52,987 bases of DNA from an uncultured Chitinophagales bacterium (GCA_964388615.1 CAYMBG010000003.1:1-52987), one strand, 5' to 3'; shown: positions 9,662 to 21,376, counted from the stretch's first letter. Notes: generated by a model from the letters alone, not told the origin. Program-made: numbers and translations.

Positions 9662-10006
9662 AATATCAAGAAAAAGAATACGTCCTTGAGACATACCTAT
9701 AAGATTTAGTGTTTTCTTGACTTCAAGCTTGATAAACTCATGAAAAAACTTTATTAACAAGGAGTTTCTTTATAAGATTTTCAAATTTAACCCTTATTAT
9801 TAGTCTGTTGTCGATATAGTAGAATATTCAACAATATTACTGTTCTACAGAAAACACCTGCAATCTGTTTCGGTTAACAGCACACCCGGCAAAGCAATGT
9901 CGGGACACTTATCAGGTGTGACTGTATTTATTTACTTTTAACGATTTATCTGTTAAATGGCCGACCAGGCCAATACTGCAAACCTATAATTACTGGAGTA
10001 CCTATT

Positions 10007-11845
10007 ATGAATCATCCAAAGTGGGTTCAAAACCAAGAGCTTGTCGAATGGGTCAAAGAGACCGCCGAGCTGACCAAGCCTGACAAGATTGAATGGATTG
10101 ACGGTTCTCAGGAGGAAAATGACCGTCTTTGCCAGGAACTGGTTGACGGAGGAACTTTCGTCAAACTCAACGAGAAAAAACGCCCCGGAAGTTATGCCGC
10201 ATTTTCCGACCCCTCTGACGTAGCCCGTGTAGAAGACCGTACCTACATCTGCAGCGAGAAAAAAGGAGATGCGGGCCCAACAAACAATTGGGTCGAGCCG
10301 GACGAAATGAAAAGCACCCTGAATAAGCTTTATGACGGTTGCATGAAAGGGCGTACCATGTATGTCATCCCTTTCAGCATGGGCCCTATTGGCTCTCCAA
10401 TCTCTCATATCGGAGTAGAACTTACCGATTCCGCCTATGTTGTTGTTAACATGCGCATCATGACCCGCATGGGTAAAAAGGTGATGGAAACCTTGGGTGC
10501 TGAAGGTGAATATGTCAAATGTCTCCACTCCGTCGGCGCACCGTTGGAAGATGGACAAAAAGATGTTCCCTGGCCTTGCAACCCTGAGAAATACATTGTT
10601 CACTTCCCGGAAGAGCGTTCCATTATGTCCTTTGGAAGTGGCTACGGCGGAAACGCTCTGCTCGGTAAAAAATGCTTTGCCCTTCGGATCGCTTCAACAA
10701 TGGCCCGTGATGAAGGTTGGCTTGCCGAGCACATGCTCATCCTTGGTGTAGAATCACCGAAGAAGGAAAAAACCTATGTTGCCGCCGCATTTCCGAGTGC
10801 TTGTGGTAAAACCAACTTTGCGATGCTTATTCCACCAAAAGAGATGCAGGACTGGAAAGTCAGCACTATCGGTGATGACATTGCATGGATTAAAAGAGAC
10901 GAAAATGGCACTTTGCGTGCTATTAACCCCGAATCAGGATGGTTTGGTGTAGCACCGGGTACGAACGAAAAAACGAACCCCAATGCCATGGCCTCCCTGG
11001 AGAAAAACTCCATCTTTACCAACTGTGCTCTCACCGAAGACGGTGACGTTTGGTGGGAAGAAAAAACCAAAGAAGCCCCTCCCAACCTGACTACCTGGCG
11101 AGGTGAAAAATATGATCCGGAATCAGGTAAAACTGCGGCTCATCCCAACGCACGCTTTACGGCACCTGCTGCTCAGTGTCCTTCCATTGATCCCAAATGG
11201 GAAGACCCAAAAGGGGTACCGATCAGTGCATTTATCTTTGGTGGTCGCCGAAGCACATCTGTACCATTGGTTCTCCAGGCGCCAAACTGGAACTTCGGGG
11301 TCTACATGGCTGCTACCATGGGTTCCGAAATGACCGCCGCCGCCGCAGGTACTATTGGAAAAGTTCGGCGGGATCCATTCGCCATGTTGCCGTTTATGGG
11401 TTATCACATGGGCGATCACTTCAACCACTGGTTGCAAATCGGTCGTGAAATCCCCAATCCTCCAGCTATCTTTAGTGTTAACTGGTTCCGTACCGATGAA
11501 AACGGTAAATTCATCTGGCCCGGCTTTGGTGAAAACATGCGGGTCTTGAAATGGATCGTTGAACGAGTTAATGGTGAGGCAAATGCTGTAGAGAGTCCGC
11601 TTGGCATGATGCCACGCAGCGAAGATCTGGACTGGAGAGGTCTGAAAGACTTCACCGAAGATCAGTTCAATGACATCATGACCATCGACAGCGAAATCTG
11701 GAAAGAGGAGTTGCTCGGACATGAGGAGATCTTCTCAAAGCTGTATGATCGACTCCCTAAAGAGTTCCTCTTTATGCGTGAAATCCTGCGTTCCAACCTC
11801 TGGCGCTCTCCGAAGCAGTGGAGTTTGAAATCAGAGGACTTCTAA
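10007..11845 (+). CDS. pckG: Phosphoenolpyruvate carboxykinase (GTP)
   Basis: 612 aa; [55 protein letters not shown]. Confidence 0.98.
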   Translation: MNHPKWVQNQELVEWVKETAELTKPDKIEWIDGSQEENDRLCQELVDGGTFVKLNEKKRPGSYAAFSDPSDVARVEDRTYICSEKKGDAGPTNNWVEPDEMKSTLNKLYDGCMKGRTMYVIPFSMGPIGSPISHIGVELTDSAYVVVNMRIMTRMGKKVMETLGAEGEYVKCLHSVGAPLEDGQKDVPWPCNPEKYIVHFPEERSIMSFGSGYGGNALLGKKCFALRIASTMARDEGWLAEHMLILGVESPKKEKTYVAAAFPSACGKTNFAMLIPPKEMQDWKVSTIGDDIAWIKRDENGTLRAINPESGWFGVAPGTNEKTNPNAMASLEKNSIFTNCALTEDGDVWWEEKTKEAPPNLTTWRGEKYDPESGKTAAHPNARFTAPAAQCPSIDPKWEDPKGVPISAFIFGGRRSTSVPLVLQAPNWNFGVYMAATMGSEMTAAAAGTIGKVRRDPFAMLPFMGYHMGDHFNHWLQIGREIPNPPAIFSVNWFRTDENGKFIWPGFGENMRVLKWIVERVNGEANAVESPLGMMPRSEDLDWRGLKDFTEDQFNDIMTIDSEIWKEELLGHEEIFSKLYDRLPKEFLFMREILRSNLWRSPKQWSLKSEDF

Positions 11846-11881
11846 AGCAGGTTTAATCCTGATTTTATTCAGGTTTTTTTG

Positions 11882-11919
11882 AAAAGGGACAGTGAACTAT
11901 TTTCGCTGTCCCTTTTTTT
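11882..11919 (+). terminator. Intrinsic terminator of pckG
   Basis: AAAAGGGACAGTGAA-loop-TTCGCTGTCCCTTTTTTT. Confidence 0.85.
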
Positions 11920-12033
11920 GTTTGGGTAAACGATTATTCGGAAAAACCACCTTATATTTGATCTCACGATTCATTTATGTTTTTTTACTTTTGACCATAA
12001 AAGTTTTAAGCTTTCTCATAACTTTTTCTTTTT

Positions 12034-13092
12034 TTGCACTCACATTCCCATCATATAATCCGCCGGCAGGTACCGCTTAAAACTGCCAACACATTCGGCA
12101 TTGATGTCCGTGCCGATTACTTTGCTGAAATAAGTGTTCCGGATGACCTTCCGAAGTTGATGGACACAGAAATGTATCAGACCAAGCCTCGCTATATCAT
12201 TGGCGGCGGAAGCAATATTCTGCTTGTCGATGATTACCCCGGACTGATAATAAAAAACAGTATCTCCGGCATATCTGTGTTAAGTGAAAATAAGCAAAAT
12301 GTCTTTTTACGTGTCGGTGCCGGAGTCATTTGGGATCATTTGGTGCGTTATTCGCTTGATAACAACTGGGGAGGACTTGAAAACCTTTCCATGATACCCG
12401 GACGGACTGGTGCTGCTCCCATTCAGAATATCGGTGCTTATGGTGTTGAATTTGAACAGGTGTTCAAATCACTAAAAGCCATTTCATTGGAATCCGGACA
12501 AAGTAAAGAGTTTGATCATTCTCAATGTCGATTCGGATACCGGGACAGTATTTTTAAAACCCTGGAGAAAAATAAATGGATCATCACATCTGTTACTATA
12601 AAGCTCGATAAAAGACATAAAATCAACACTAACTACGGCAATTTAAAAGAAACACTGACAAAATCAGGTATCCATCAACCGACGATTCACGATGTGAGCA
12701 ATGCTGTGCGTCATATCCGCTCCAGCAAACTACCAGATCCTTCGATAATTGGCAATGCAGGCAGTTTTTTCAAAAATCCCATCATTACGAATTCTTTTTT
12801 TAAGGAATTGCGTGAGTCATCTCCTGATATTCCAGGTTATCCGGCCGATGACACTCATATAAAAATTCCGGCCGCCTGGCTAATTGACCAATGCGGATTA
12901 AAAGGTAAAAGGATGGGTGATGCAGGTATTCATGACCGCCATGCGCTCATATTGGTAAACCATGGTCATGCTACCGGACAACAGCTGCTTGACCTATCTG
13001 AAACAGTACAGAGTGACGTTTTTAAACAGTTTGGAATTAAACTGGAACCAGAGGTTAATATTATACCGTCTTTAAAAGGCAAAAGAAAATAG
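12034..13092 (+). CDS. murB: UDP-N-acetylenolpyruvoylglucosamine reductase
   Basis: NTFGI, GGGSNIL, GLENLSMIPG..GAAPIQNIGAYG, FGYRDSIFK, GNAGSFFKNP, HALILVN, LEPEV. Start (TTG) uncertain. Confidence 0.96.
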   Translation: MHSHSHHIIRRQVPLKTANTFGIDVRADYFAEISVPDDLPKLMDTEMYQTKPRYIIGGGSNILLVDDYPGLIIKNSISGISVLSENKQNVFLRVGAGVIWDHLVRYSLDNNWGGLENLSMIPGRTGAAPIQNIGAYGVEFEQVFKSLKAISLESGQSKEFDHSQCRFGYRDSIFKTLEKNKWIITSVTIKLDKRHKINTNYGNLKETLTKSGIHQPTIHDVSNAVRHIRSSKLPDPSIIGNAGSFFKNPIITNSFFKELRESSPDIPGYPADDTHIKIPAAWLIDQCGLKGKRMGDAGIHDRHALILVNHGHATGQQLLDLSETVQSDVFKQFGIKLEPEVNIIPSLKGKRK

Positions 13093-13103
13093 TTATGCCC
13101 TCA

Positions 13104-14558
13104 TTACGCATCCTTCTCAAGAAACCAGGTCTGCATCCGGTCTGTGAAATAGATGGCCGTGTCGGAATATATGTCAACCATGTTACGATCAAATACCTCG
13201 CGATGGATAAATGAGCCGGCCCGTTTCCAGTCTGGCTGTTGAGAGATCTGCGCCAAAGCCTCCAAAAAGGCGTTTTCATCTCCTCCAAAAAGCGTCTCAA
13301 TAAATTCGTCCTCCATATCGCTGACATACTTCCGGATTTCTGTCACCGGATCTTCTGATGCTCCCCTGATATCATTTTCTATACGGCTATGCTCCTGTTC
13401 CTCTTCATGCTCCGAAAAACCGGAAAACTGTTGCCAGATAGGTATTTCCTTTCCTCCTGTGGAGGAATCATGCCGATCCTGTCCCGAAAGCCTGGAAATA
13501 AGAGGGCGCTCATCATCATCCCGGTCATCGTTACCAGAATGCGATTTCAGCTGATCATGTAACCGATGATCATCACTCTCTTTTTGGTGACTCCGAAAAC
13601 GTGAAAGAATATTATCCTCGTCTACGGTGGTCGATGTGCGGGCCTCCGTTTTCTTTATCTCATGAGTTTTCTTGTGTTCCCCGGTTGTAGCTGACACAGA
13701 ATCCTCCATATCATCAACGATCTTCTGCATTTCGCTACCTTTTTGCATTTTGCTACCAGAATATTGTTTTTGCTCGCTGGAAGCCGCCCCCTCAGCAAAA
13801 GTTCGCTCTTCACTATCATCTTTTGGAGGCTTGGAAAGTATTTCAATGAGCCGTGTCCGATGAATAGCACCTGATTCCAAATCAAAGTGACGTGCCACAC
13901 CGGGCAACCCTTTATCCCTGAAAAATCGGGCAAATAAATCAGATTCAAGCTGTTCTCCAATCAACTCAAACCAGGGTTCAAAGAGCTGCGCCCAGTTAAG
14001 CGACGTATAATGAGCCGTCACACGCTCGTCAAGACGCTGAATGATGCGACGGGCTTGTTCCCGCGTCAGCTTATCCCGCCCTTTTTTTTCCATGAAGCGA
14101 GAAATAACTCTGGAAAAGTAGTTATATACAACAATCCATTCACACCGTTCCCTTACACCCTCAAAGTCAAGTTCTTCATCCCGGCCAAACAAATAATCAG
14201 GCAGAAACGCTCTTGGCGCGACCATCAATTCAAGAATATCACCGATAGCTGACTCAAGAACCGGTCGGGCATAGCTGGCAGGAAGTCGTACCTCTTCCCG
14301 GATTGCTTTCAGAAAGTGATCCCAGGAGTCTTGAACCGCGGGGGCCTGCATATCAGCCCAATCACTTTCCGGCGGATTTACGGAATCCCTGAGATTCCGG
14401 ATCAACTCCAAACGTATCCTCTCCACCAAAAAATCGGGGAAACCTGCTTGAGAGACTTCTTCAACTGTAAAAAACGGGCGTTCGCTATCCAGTTTTTTCA
14501 AAAAATGATCCGTAGTTGAGCGGATGATTCTATCCATAATACCACCGTTATTTTTCAA
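13104..14558 (-). CDS. Hypothetical protein: helical N-terminal domain, acidic low-complexity linker, small C-terminal helical domain
   Basis: 484-aa ORF filling the gap between murB and the ABC gene; no catalytic motif recognised. Confidence 0.8.
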   Translation of the reverse strand: MKNNGGIMDRIIRSTTDHFLKKLDSERPFFTVEEVSQAGFPDFLVERIRLELIRNLRDSVNPPESDWADMQAPAVQDSWDHFLKAIREEVRLPASYARPVLESAIGDILELMVAPRAFLPDYLFGRDEELDFEGVRERCEWIVVYNYFSRVISRFMEKKGRDKLTREQARRIIQRLDERVTAHYTSLNWAQLFEPWFELIGEQLESDLFARFFRDKGLPGVARHFDLESGAIHRTRLIEILSKPPKDDSEERTFAEGAASSEQKQYSGSKMQKGSEMQKIVDDMEDSVSATTGEHKKTHEIKKTEARTSTTVDEDNILSRFRSHQKESDDHRLHDQLKSHSGNDDRDDDERPLISRLSGQDRHDSSTGGKEIPIWQQFSGFSEHEEEQEHSRIENDIRGASEDPVTEIRKYVSDMEDEFIETLFGGDENAFLEALAQISQQPDWKRAGSFIHREVFDRNMVDIYSDTAIYFTDRMQTWFLEKDA

Positions 14559-14632
14559 AAGTTTCGAACATCAAGATACATATTTCAAACGAATTCGTTG
14601 GTCGTTTTCGTCACTCTGCGTACTTTTAACAC

Positions 14633-15277
14633 ATGATTTACATGAAATGTCATAACCTTGGAAAGTATTACGGAAAAACCGAAGTTTTTCGCGGATTGAA
14701 CTTTCAAATCAGTGATAATGCAGTAGTTGGTATCAAAGGGCCCAATGGTAGTGGTAAATCAACTTTGCTAAAATGCCTGGCCGGACTTTTGCGGCCATCA
14801 CAGGGAAAAGTGACCTGGCTATTTGATGAAAAAAAAATCGAGCAACATCTTATTCGATACCAGATCGGATTTGCGGCACCTTATATCCAGTTATATCAGG
14901 ATTTAACGGTTCACGAAAACCTGATCTTCTTGTCTCAGGTTCGTCCGGCTTATATCGAATCATTTACGCTCTCTTCCAAAAATAATCCGGAATATCTAAA
15001 AACGCTATTTGAAATCGACACCATCGCGTCCCGTACATTCGGAACATTATCATCCGGACAACAACAGCGCGTAAAACTGGCAGCTGCATTATCGCATTCA
15101 CCGCCTATTTTGATGCTTGATGAACCCGGCTCCAATCTGGATCAAAATGGTTTTTCCCTTGTTAAAAAAATGATTGCACGTCAGCAACAATCGGGTGGAA
15201 TGGTTTTTCTGGCCTCCAACAGGCAGGAAGAGCTGGCGTTTTGCACAAACATAATCGAACTTAATCCAGCACAATAA
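14633..15277 (+). CDS. ABC transporter ATP-binding protein (CcmA-like)
   Basis: Walker A GPNGSGKST, signature LSSGQQQR, Walker B LMLDEP; no permease adjacent. Confidence 0.88.
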   Translation: MIYMKCHNLGKYYGKTEVFRGLNFQISDNAVVGIKGPNGSGKSTLLKCLAGLLRPSQGKVTWLFDEKKIEQHLIRYQIGFAAPYIQLYQDLTVHENLIFLSQVRPAYIESFTLSSKNNPEYLKTLFEIDTIASRTFGTLSSGQQQRVKLAAALSHSPPILMLDEPGSNLDQNGFSLVKKMIARQQQSGGMVFLASNRQEELAFCTNIIELNPAQ

Positions 15278-15289
15278 ACCGTTCTCCTC

Positions 15290-16402
15290 ATGTCGCAATA
15301 CAACGACCACAAACTTGCCAAGCTCATCATAAATCACAGTGTCTCCCTAAAAGAAGGTGAGCGAATTTTGATCAACCTCATAGGCTATAACGGCATCGGA
15401 CTAGCCCGTGAACTGGTCCGCGCTGCCCGTGAAATAAACGCAATTCCTTACATTGATATAACAGACCCTGAAATACAGCGCACATTGCTCGAATCAGGAG
15501 ATGAGTTTTTTTGGCAAGACCAGGCTGAAATATTCGGCCTGCCCTTGATCAAACAGATGGATGCCTATGTTGGTATTCGTGCTTCTGAAAATATCTATGA
15601 AACCTCCTTTGTATCTTCACAATCCAACCGGGCATTTCAACGTAACTACCTGCAGCCTGTTCATTTTGATGAGCGGGTAAAAAACACAAAGTGGTGTGTT
15701 TTGCGATACCCCTCCGCTGCATTTGCGATGAACGCCCGAATGCCGACCTCCGCCTTCCGGGATTTCTTTTATCAAGCCTGCCTGATCGATTACGCCAAAC
15801 TTCGGGATGCGATGAAGCCACTTGAGGATCGGTTACGCAAAACCAGCGAGATACATCTCAAAGGAGAAGGAACGGATATTCGATTTCATGTAGATGGACA
15901 AGAATGGGTCAATTGTCATGGTACCCGGAACATACCCGATGGCGAATTGTTCTCTTCACCACTGATCGACTCGGTAAACGGTGTGATTCGATATGCTCCA
16001 AGTGTCTATCAGGGAAAACCGTTCGAGTTTGTCTCCTTAGAAGTAAAGGATGGTGTAGTCCAGGATTTTGATGCTCCTGACCGCACCGTTCTGGAAGCCA
16101 TTCTGGATACCGATGAAGGTGCTCGTCGATTCGGCGAATTTAGTTTTGGAACCAATCCCGTCATCGAAAAGCCAATGTATGATATATTATTCGATGAAAA
16201 AATTTATGGCTCCAACCATCTTACTCTTGGCCAGGCTTACGATGAAGCTCCAAACGGCAATAACAGTCAGATTCACTGGGATCTGGTTTGTATTGGAGCG
16301 GATGTCTATCTGGATGGCGAGTGTATCCGGCAGGGACGTCATTTTGTGCCGGAAGATTTACAGATACTCAACCCGGATAACTTCGGGAAGCGTAGTTCCT
16401 GA
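15290..16402 (+). CDS. Aminopeptidase, peptidase M29 (AmpS/AmpT) family
   Basis: NIPDGELF, GARRFGEF, LFDEKI, HLTLG, SQIHWDLV metal-ligand motifs. Confidence 0.92.
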   Translation: MSQYNDHKLAKLIINHSVSLKEGERILINLIGYNGIGLARELVRAAREINAIPYIDITDPEIQRTLLESGDEFFWQDQAEIFGLPLIKQMDAYVGIRASENIYETSFVSSQSNRAFQRNYLQPVHFDERVKNTKWCVLRYPSAAFAMNARMPTSAFRDFFYQACLIDYAKLRDAMKPLEDRLRKTSEIHLKGEGTDIRFHVDGQEWVNCHGTRNIPDGELFSSPLIDSVNGVIRYAPSVYQGKPFEFVSLEVKDGVVQDFDAPDRTVLEAILDTDEGARRFGEFSFGTNPVIEKPMYDILFDEKIYGSNHLTLGQAYDEAPNGNNSQIHWDLVCIGADVYLDGECIRQGRHFVPEDLQILNPDNFGKRSS

Positions 16403-16405
16403 ATC

Positions 16406-17296
16406 CTATTGAAAAATGATCGTACGATTTTGAAAAACCAGGGTGCGACGTTGGAGGTGGTGCCAAATAGCGCGTGCCAATACAACCTTCTCCAGGTCTC
16501 TTCCCTTTCTGACCAAATCCTCCACGGAGTTTCGATGATTGACATGGATCACATCCTGCTCAATGATCGGCCCTTCGTCCAGATCAGCTGTCACATAGTG
16601 GCTTGTAGCGCCAATCACTTTGACCCCCCGTTCAAATGCCGAGTGATAAGGTTTGGCTCCAGGAAACGCCGGCAAAAATGAATGGTGAATATTGATAATC
16701 CTTCCGGGGTAGTCAGACACAAAATCGTCGGATAATATTTGCATGTAGCGAGCCAGGACCCCGACGTCAATGCGATACTTTTCCAGTAATTTTTTTTGTT
16801 CGGCTTCAGCCTGGTCTTTGTTGTTTCGGGTAATCTCAAACTGATGATAGTCAATTCCATAACGGTCAGCTACCCGTTTCATATCCGGGTGATTACTGAT
16901 AATCAAAGGAATGTCAACATGCCACTCACCGCTATCATAGCGTGCCAGGATATCGTGCAAACAGTGGCCATACTTAGAGACAAAAACAGCCATCCGGGGC
17001 TTTTCCCTTGAAAAATAAAGTTGCCAGCTCATTTCAAACGGTGTCGCAATCTGTTCTGAAAACTCCCTCCTTATCTGGTCATCCGGGATCAGGAATCCAT
17101 CCAGATCCCACTCGACCCTCATAAAAAACACCTTTTTCAGTTTGTCCACATGTTGATCAATTTCCAGAATATTTCCATTGTTCTTGGACATGAAACGGGT
17201 TACAGCAGCTACAAGCCCTTTCTTATCCGGACAGTGGATTAAAATAATGGCTGAGTTTTTGTCCGTTTTCGGGGATACGCTTTCCATTTCAAACAT
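16406..17296 (-). CDS. purU: Formyltetrahydrofolate deformylase
   Basis: N-terminal ACT (CPDKKGLVA), VLARYMQIL, INIHHSFLPAF.GA.PY, GVKVIGATSHYVT.DLDEGPIIEQ. Confidence 0.97.
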   Translation of the reverse strand: MFEMESVSPKTDKNSAIILIHCPDKKGLVAAVTRFMSKNNGNILEIDQHVDKLKKVFFMRVEWDLDGFLIPDDQIRREFSEQIATPFEMSWQLYFSREKPRMAVFVSKYGHCLHDILARYDSGEWHVDIPLIISNHPDMKRVADRYGIDYHQFEITRNNKDQAEAEQKKLLEKYRIDVGVLARYMQILSDDFVSDYPGRIINIHHSFLPAFPGAKPYHSAFERGVKVIGATSHYVTADLDEGPIIEQDVIHVNHRNSVEDLVRKGRDLEKVVLARAIWHHLQRRTLVFQNRTIIFQ

Positions 17297-17334
17297 TTAG
17301 GTTGGTAGAAAAATAAGGTAATGTATTTCAGTCT

Positions 17335-17382
17335 AAACAAAAAAGGTGACAACATGAAGGTCATCACCTTTTCTTTTTGTTT
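17335..17382 (-). terminator. Intrinsic terminator of clpB
   Basis: AAACAAAAAAGGTGA...TCACCTTTTCTTTTTGTTT inverted repeat just past the clpB stop. Confidence 0.75.
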
Positions 17383-17391
17383 GAGTCGCCA

Positions 17392-20025
17392 CTATTCCGA
17401 CCAGGCCTCTACGTCATCAAAAACTTCGACAAATGTAAGTTCATCCCCACTTTTGTCAATTTTGACCTCATATTCCACTTTTTCATCCTCGGATCTTGAA
17501 ATAAGCAGGGAGGCAAGCTTGTTGGTCACCTCTTTCTGAATCAGTCTTTTAAGCGGGCGTGCACCAAACTGAGGATCATAACCACGTTCAGCCAGCCAAT
17601 TTCGCACGTCATCGCCCACCCGCAGGGTAACCTGCTTTTTCTGAAGCATTTTGTCAACCCGCTGCAATTGAACGTCAACAATTTTCCGGATCTCTTCCAT
17701 ACCCAGCGGATGAAACACAATGATGTCATCAATGCGATTCAGAAACTCCGGTCGAATAGTCTGTTTAAGTGTACTCAACAAATTCGACTGCAACTTATCA
17801 TACGCTGCTTCAGACAAGTCGCCTCCGGATTCCTCGATTTTTTTTCGAATTTCCTGGGAACCAATGTTACTGGTCATAATCACAATCGTATTGGTGAAGT
17901 CCACTGTAACACCTTTATTATCCGTCAGCCGTCCGTCATCCAAAAGTTGAAGAAGCACGTTAAACACATCGGGGTGTGCCTTCTCAATTTCATCCAGAAG
18001 TACCACGGAGTAAGGTTTACGGCGTACCGCCTCGGTGAGTTGTCCCCCCTCATCATATCCGACATATCCCGGAGGCGCGCCCACCAAACGGCTGACGCTA
18101 TGACGCTCCATATATTCACTCATATCAATGCGCACCATAGCATTTTCATCATCAAAAAGAAAATCGGCAAGGGAGCGTGCCAGCTCGGTCTTGCCAACAC
18201 CGGTGGATCCAAGAAATATAAATGATCCGATCGGTCGATCCGCATCCTGCAACCCTGCTCTTGAACGGCGTACGGCATGTGAGACAGCGTCAATGGCCTG
18301 ATTTTGTCCAATCACGCGCTGATGCAACTCATCTTCCATCGACATCAGTTTCATTCGCTCACTTTTCAGCATCTTTCGAACCGGAATGCCGGTCCATCGG
18401 GAGATAATATCCGCGATGTGTTCCGCTTCAACTTCTTCCTTGAGCATCGGTGACTCTGCCTGCAGATTAGCCAGTTTCTCTCTCGTCTCTTCCAGCTCTT
18501 TTTCCAGCTTGTTGATAGTGCCATAGCGTAACTCGGCAACTTTTTCATACTCGCCATCACGCTCTGCCTTATCCGATTCGTTGCGTGCCGTTTCAATTGC
18601 CTGTTTCATCCCGCGTATTCCCTGGATGAGTTCACGCTCATTGTTCCAGCGTGTTTTCAACTCTTTGTAATGCTCGTTAAGATCCGCCAGTTCACGATTG
18701 ATCTCCTCCAGTTTCGCCTCATCCTGTTCGCGCTTGATAGCCTCACGCTCAATCTCAAGCTGTCGCATCTGCCGGATGATGTTATCAAGTTCTTCCGGCA
18801 TGGAGTCAATTTCAAGACGAAGACGGGAAGCAGCCTCATCCATCAGGTCGATGGCTTTGTCTGGCAGGAACCGTGTTGATATATAACGGTCAGAAAGCTC
18901 AGCAGCGGAAATAATCGCCCCGTCAGTTATCCGCACACCATGATGCAGCTCATATTTTTCCTTGAGTCCACGCATGATGGAGATCGTATCCTCAACAGAT
19001 GGTTCGCCCACATAAACATTTTGGAGGCGACGCTCCAAAGCTTTGTCCTTCTCGATGTACTTGCGATACTCAGTAAGTGTGGTGGCTCCGATAGCCCGCA
19101 ACTCCCCGCGTGCCAGACTCGGCTTAAGGATATTGGCGGCGTCCATGGATCCTTCGGTTGCTCCGGCTCCGACCAAAGTATGAATCTCATCAATAAAAAG
19201 GATGATTTCCCCCTCTGCATCATTCACTTCTTTGATAACCGCTTTCAAGCGATCCTCAAACTCACCACGGTACTTGGTTCCTGCAACCAGGGCTCCCATA
19301 TCCAGAGCCAGTATTCGCTTGGATTTAAGTCCCTCAGGAACATCACCCTGAATGATTCTCAAGGCAAGGCCTTCCGCTATGGCAGTTTTTCCAACTCCGG
19401 GTTCACCGACCAAAACCGGATTGTTCTTGGTGCGACGCGTTAAAATCTGCATGATGCGGCGAATCTCCTGGTCTCTGCCGATAACCGGATCCAGCTTGTT
19501 CTTTTCCGCCATTTCGTTCAGATCACGCGCATATTTTTTCAAAGCCTGATATCTACCCTCGGCATTGGGGTCATCAACCTTTTGACTTCCCCTGACTTCC
19601 TGAAGCACATTCATCACAGCTTCACGCTTGACCCCCTGGTCCTTTAGCAATTGCGCCACCTTGCTGTCCTGCTCGATCAGTGAGAGGAAAAGATGTTCAG
19701 AGCTAATATATTCATCACCAAAATCAGAGGCCGATTTGGAAGCCTTATCAAAAAGGCTTTTCATGTCATTTGACATGTACTGTCCCGAAACAGAGGCTCC
19801 TTTTACAACCGGCACCTTTTTTAAAATATCTTCCAGCCCTTTATCAAGCGTATTCATGGAGACACCAATCTTCTTGAGAATAGTAACTGTAATATTGGAG
19901 TCGTCCGAAATAAGTGCTTTTACCAAATGCACCGGTTCCAGTGCCTGATGGCCACGCTCTGAAGCCATTTCCAGTGCCGACTGGATGACTTCCCGGGCTT
20001 TAAGTGTAAATTTATTCAAGTTCAT
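17392..20025 (-). CDS. clpB: ATP-dependent disaggregase ClpB
   Basis: 877 aa; two AAA+ modules ([16 protein letters not shown]), KYRGEFE, long M-domain coiled coil, [16 protein letters not shown]. Confidence 0.97.
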   Translation of the reverse strand: MNLNKFTLKAREVIQSALEMASERGHQALEPVHLVKALISDDSNITVTILKKIGVSMNTLDKGLEDILKKVPVVKGASVSGQYMSNDMKSLFDKASKSASDFGDEYISSEHLFLSLIEQDSKVAQLLKDQGVKREAVMNVLQEVRGSQKVDDPNAEGRYQALKKYARDLNEMAEKNKLDPVIGRDQEIRRIMQILTRRTKNNPVLVGEPGVGKTAIAEGLALRIIQGDVPEGLKSKRILALDMGALVAGTKYRGEFEDRLKAVIKEVNDAEGEIILFIDEIHTLVGAGATEGSMDAANILKPSLARGELRAIGATTLTEYRKYIEKDKALERRLQNVYVGEPSVEDTISIMRGLKEKYELHHGVRITDGAIISAAELSDRYISTRFLPDKAIDLMDEAASRLRLEIDSMPEELDNIIRQMRQLEIEREAIKREQDEAKLEEINRELADLNEHYKELKTRWNNERELIQGIRGMKQAIETARNESDKAERDGEYEKVAELRYGTINKLEKELEETREKLANLQAESPMLKEEVEAEHIADIISRWTGIPVRKMLKSERMKLMSMEDELHQRVIGQNQAIDAVSHAVRRSRAGLQDADRPIGSFIFLGSTGVGKTELARSLADFLFDDENAMVRIDMSEYMERHSVSRLVGAPPGYVGYDEGGQLTEAVRRKPYSVVLLDEIEKAHPDVFNVLLQLLDDGRLTDNKGVTVDFTNTIVIMTSNIGSQEIRKKIEESGGDLSEAAYDKLQSNLLSTLKQTIRPEFLNRIDDIIVFHPLGMEEIRKIVDVQLQRVDKMLQKKQVTLRVGDDVRNWLAERGYDPQFGARPLKRLIQKEVTNKLASLLISRSEDEKVEYEVKIDKSGDELTFVEVFDDVEAWSE

Positions 20026-20149
20026 GATTACAATTTGGTTTCAATCGTTGGTGAGAGAAGCTAAAGTCAATCAAATCCGCTTCAACATTTTGAAAAAGCA
20101 CGGATATTTTCCCTCACATGGGTTCGTTTATATTTTCACACCAACTGTT

Positions 20150-20165
20150 GCCAAATTCGTACCAT
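20150..20165 (-). promoter_or_regulatory. sigma54-type -24/-12 promoter of clpB
   Basis: Minus strand ATGGTACGAATTTGGC = GG-N10-GC, 125 nt upstream of the ATG. Confidence 0.55.
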
Positions 20166-20229
20166 CCCATAAAAAAACACAAAAACTGACTATTTGACAG
20201 GTTTTTGCTTAACCTGCTTCACAATAGCG

Positions 20230-21249
20230 TCAGTTCTGAGCCGTCTTCTCGCCACGGATATCCGCTAAATCCTTAAACAGCTGTTTTTCCTTATCCGATA
20301 GCTTTTCAGGTAATGTTACCTGAACCGTTGCGTAGAGATTTCCGTTTTTATTGCCTGATTTAGAAGAAGGCATTCCATAACCTGCAACCCTCATCACTTT
20401 TCCGGGTTGAGTCTCCGGCGGGATTTTGATTTTTACACTTCCGGTCATGGTTGGTACTTTGACCACGCCACCCAAAACCGCCTGGTACAGTCCTGTCTCA
20501 ACAGTAGTATAGAGATCATCTCCATCCCTGCTGAAAATCTCATGAGGCTTTATTTTTACTTTGATATACAGGTCACCGCCTTCCCCACCGAACTGTGCCG
20601 GATAGCCTTTACCTTTCATCTTGAGTTTCCGTCCATCCCCGATACCTTTGGGAATTTTTATTTTCATCTGATTTTTGTTTACCCGAACAGATTTTTCAAC
20701 CCCTTTAAAAGCCTCCTCCAGTGTTATCTCGAGTTCCGCGTTTATATCTTTTCCCTTATTGCTTCCTGTTTCTGTGCCCTTCTGATAAGCATTATCTCTG
20801 AAATCAGCTCCGGTACGACGCTGCTGTTGTCCTCTTCCAAAACTACCTCCAAATACCTGTTCAAAAAAGTCGGAAAAATCGCCCCCGGAGAAAATATCAT
20901 TATCAGTTTGGGTGTGGCCACTGCGGCGACCGCGAGTTCCATGATTTTGTGCCCACTGGTTCCAATTGAAGTCACCGCTGTAGGGTCCTCCCTGTGCCCC
21001 CCCTTGCTCTTTCGCCCGCTTGTACTGCTTCCAGTCGGCACCCACCTGGTCGTATAGCTTACGGTTTTCATCATTGCTTAATACCTCATAAGCTTCACTG
21101 ATCTCATTGAACTTCTTGGCCGAATCTTTGTCATCGGGGTTAACATCAGGATGATATTTCCTCGCCATCCGGCGATATGCCTTTTTTATTTCATCTTTGG
21201 AAGCATCCTTGTTTACTCCCAGTATTTTGTAATAATCCTTATAATTCAT
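20230..21249 (-). CDS. Class II J-domain co-chaperone (CbpA/DnaJ2-like; no Zn finger)
   Basis: J domain with HPD motif, G/F-rich region, DFSDFF, DnaJ C-terminal domain; no CxxCxGxG repeats. Confidence 0.93.
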   Translation of the reverse strand: MNYKDYYKILGVNKDASKDEIKKAYRRMARKYHPDVNPDDKDSAKKFNEISEAYEVLSNDENRKLYDQVGADWKQYKRAKEQGGAQGGPYSGDFNWNQWAQNHGTRGRRSGHTQTDNDIFSGGDFSDFFEQVFGGSFGRGQQQRRTGADFRDNAYQKGTETGSNKGKDINAELEITLEEAFKGVEKSVRVNKNQMKIKIPKGIGDGRKLKMKGKGYPAQFGGEGGDLYIKVKIKPHEIFSRDGDDLYTTVETGLYQAVLGGVVKVPTMTGSVKIKIPPETQPGKVMRVAGYGMPSSKSGNKNGNLYATVQVTLPEKLSDKEKQLFKDLADIRGEKTAQN

Positions 21250-21360
21250 AGTTCATTATCTTAAAAAAAATGACAAACTGACAATTTTTTCCTGATAAGT
21301 ACCGTCTGAAACTTTTTTAATCAGACTATTCGCACATTATGAAGCTTATGACATACAGAC

Positions 21361-21376
21361 ACAAACACCTTGCCAT
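21361..21376 (-). promoter_or_regulatory. sigma54-type -24/-12 promoter of the dnaJ-like gene
   Basis: Minus strand ATGGCAAGGTGTTTGT = GG-N10-GT (TTGT variant). Confidence 0.5.

Noticed and set aside
9953-11722. Antisense ORFs of 216 and 199 aa over pckG (similar ones over ppdK, clpB, dnaJ, aroA, TPR gene)
   Set aside because: Fully overlap well-supported genes and show no recognisable motifs.
11953-11960. TATATTTG -7 element upstream of murB
   Set aside because: No TTTG at the expected 19-21 nt spacing; plausible but not supportable.
14633-15277. Naming the ABC ATPase ccmA
   Set aside because: Resembles CcmA but no ccmB/ccmC in the window; symbol withheld.
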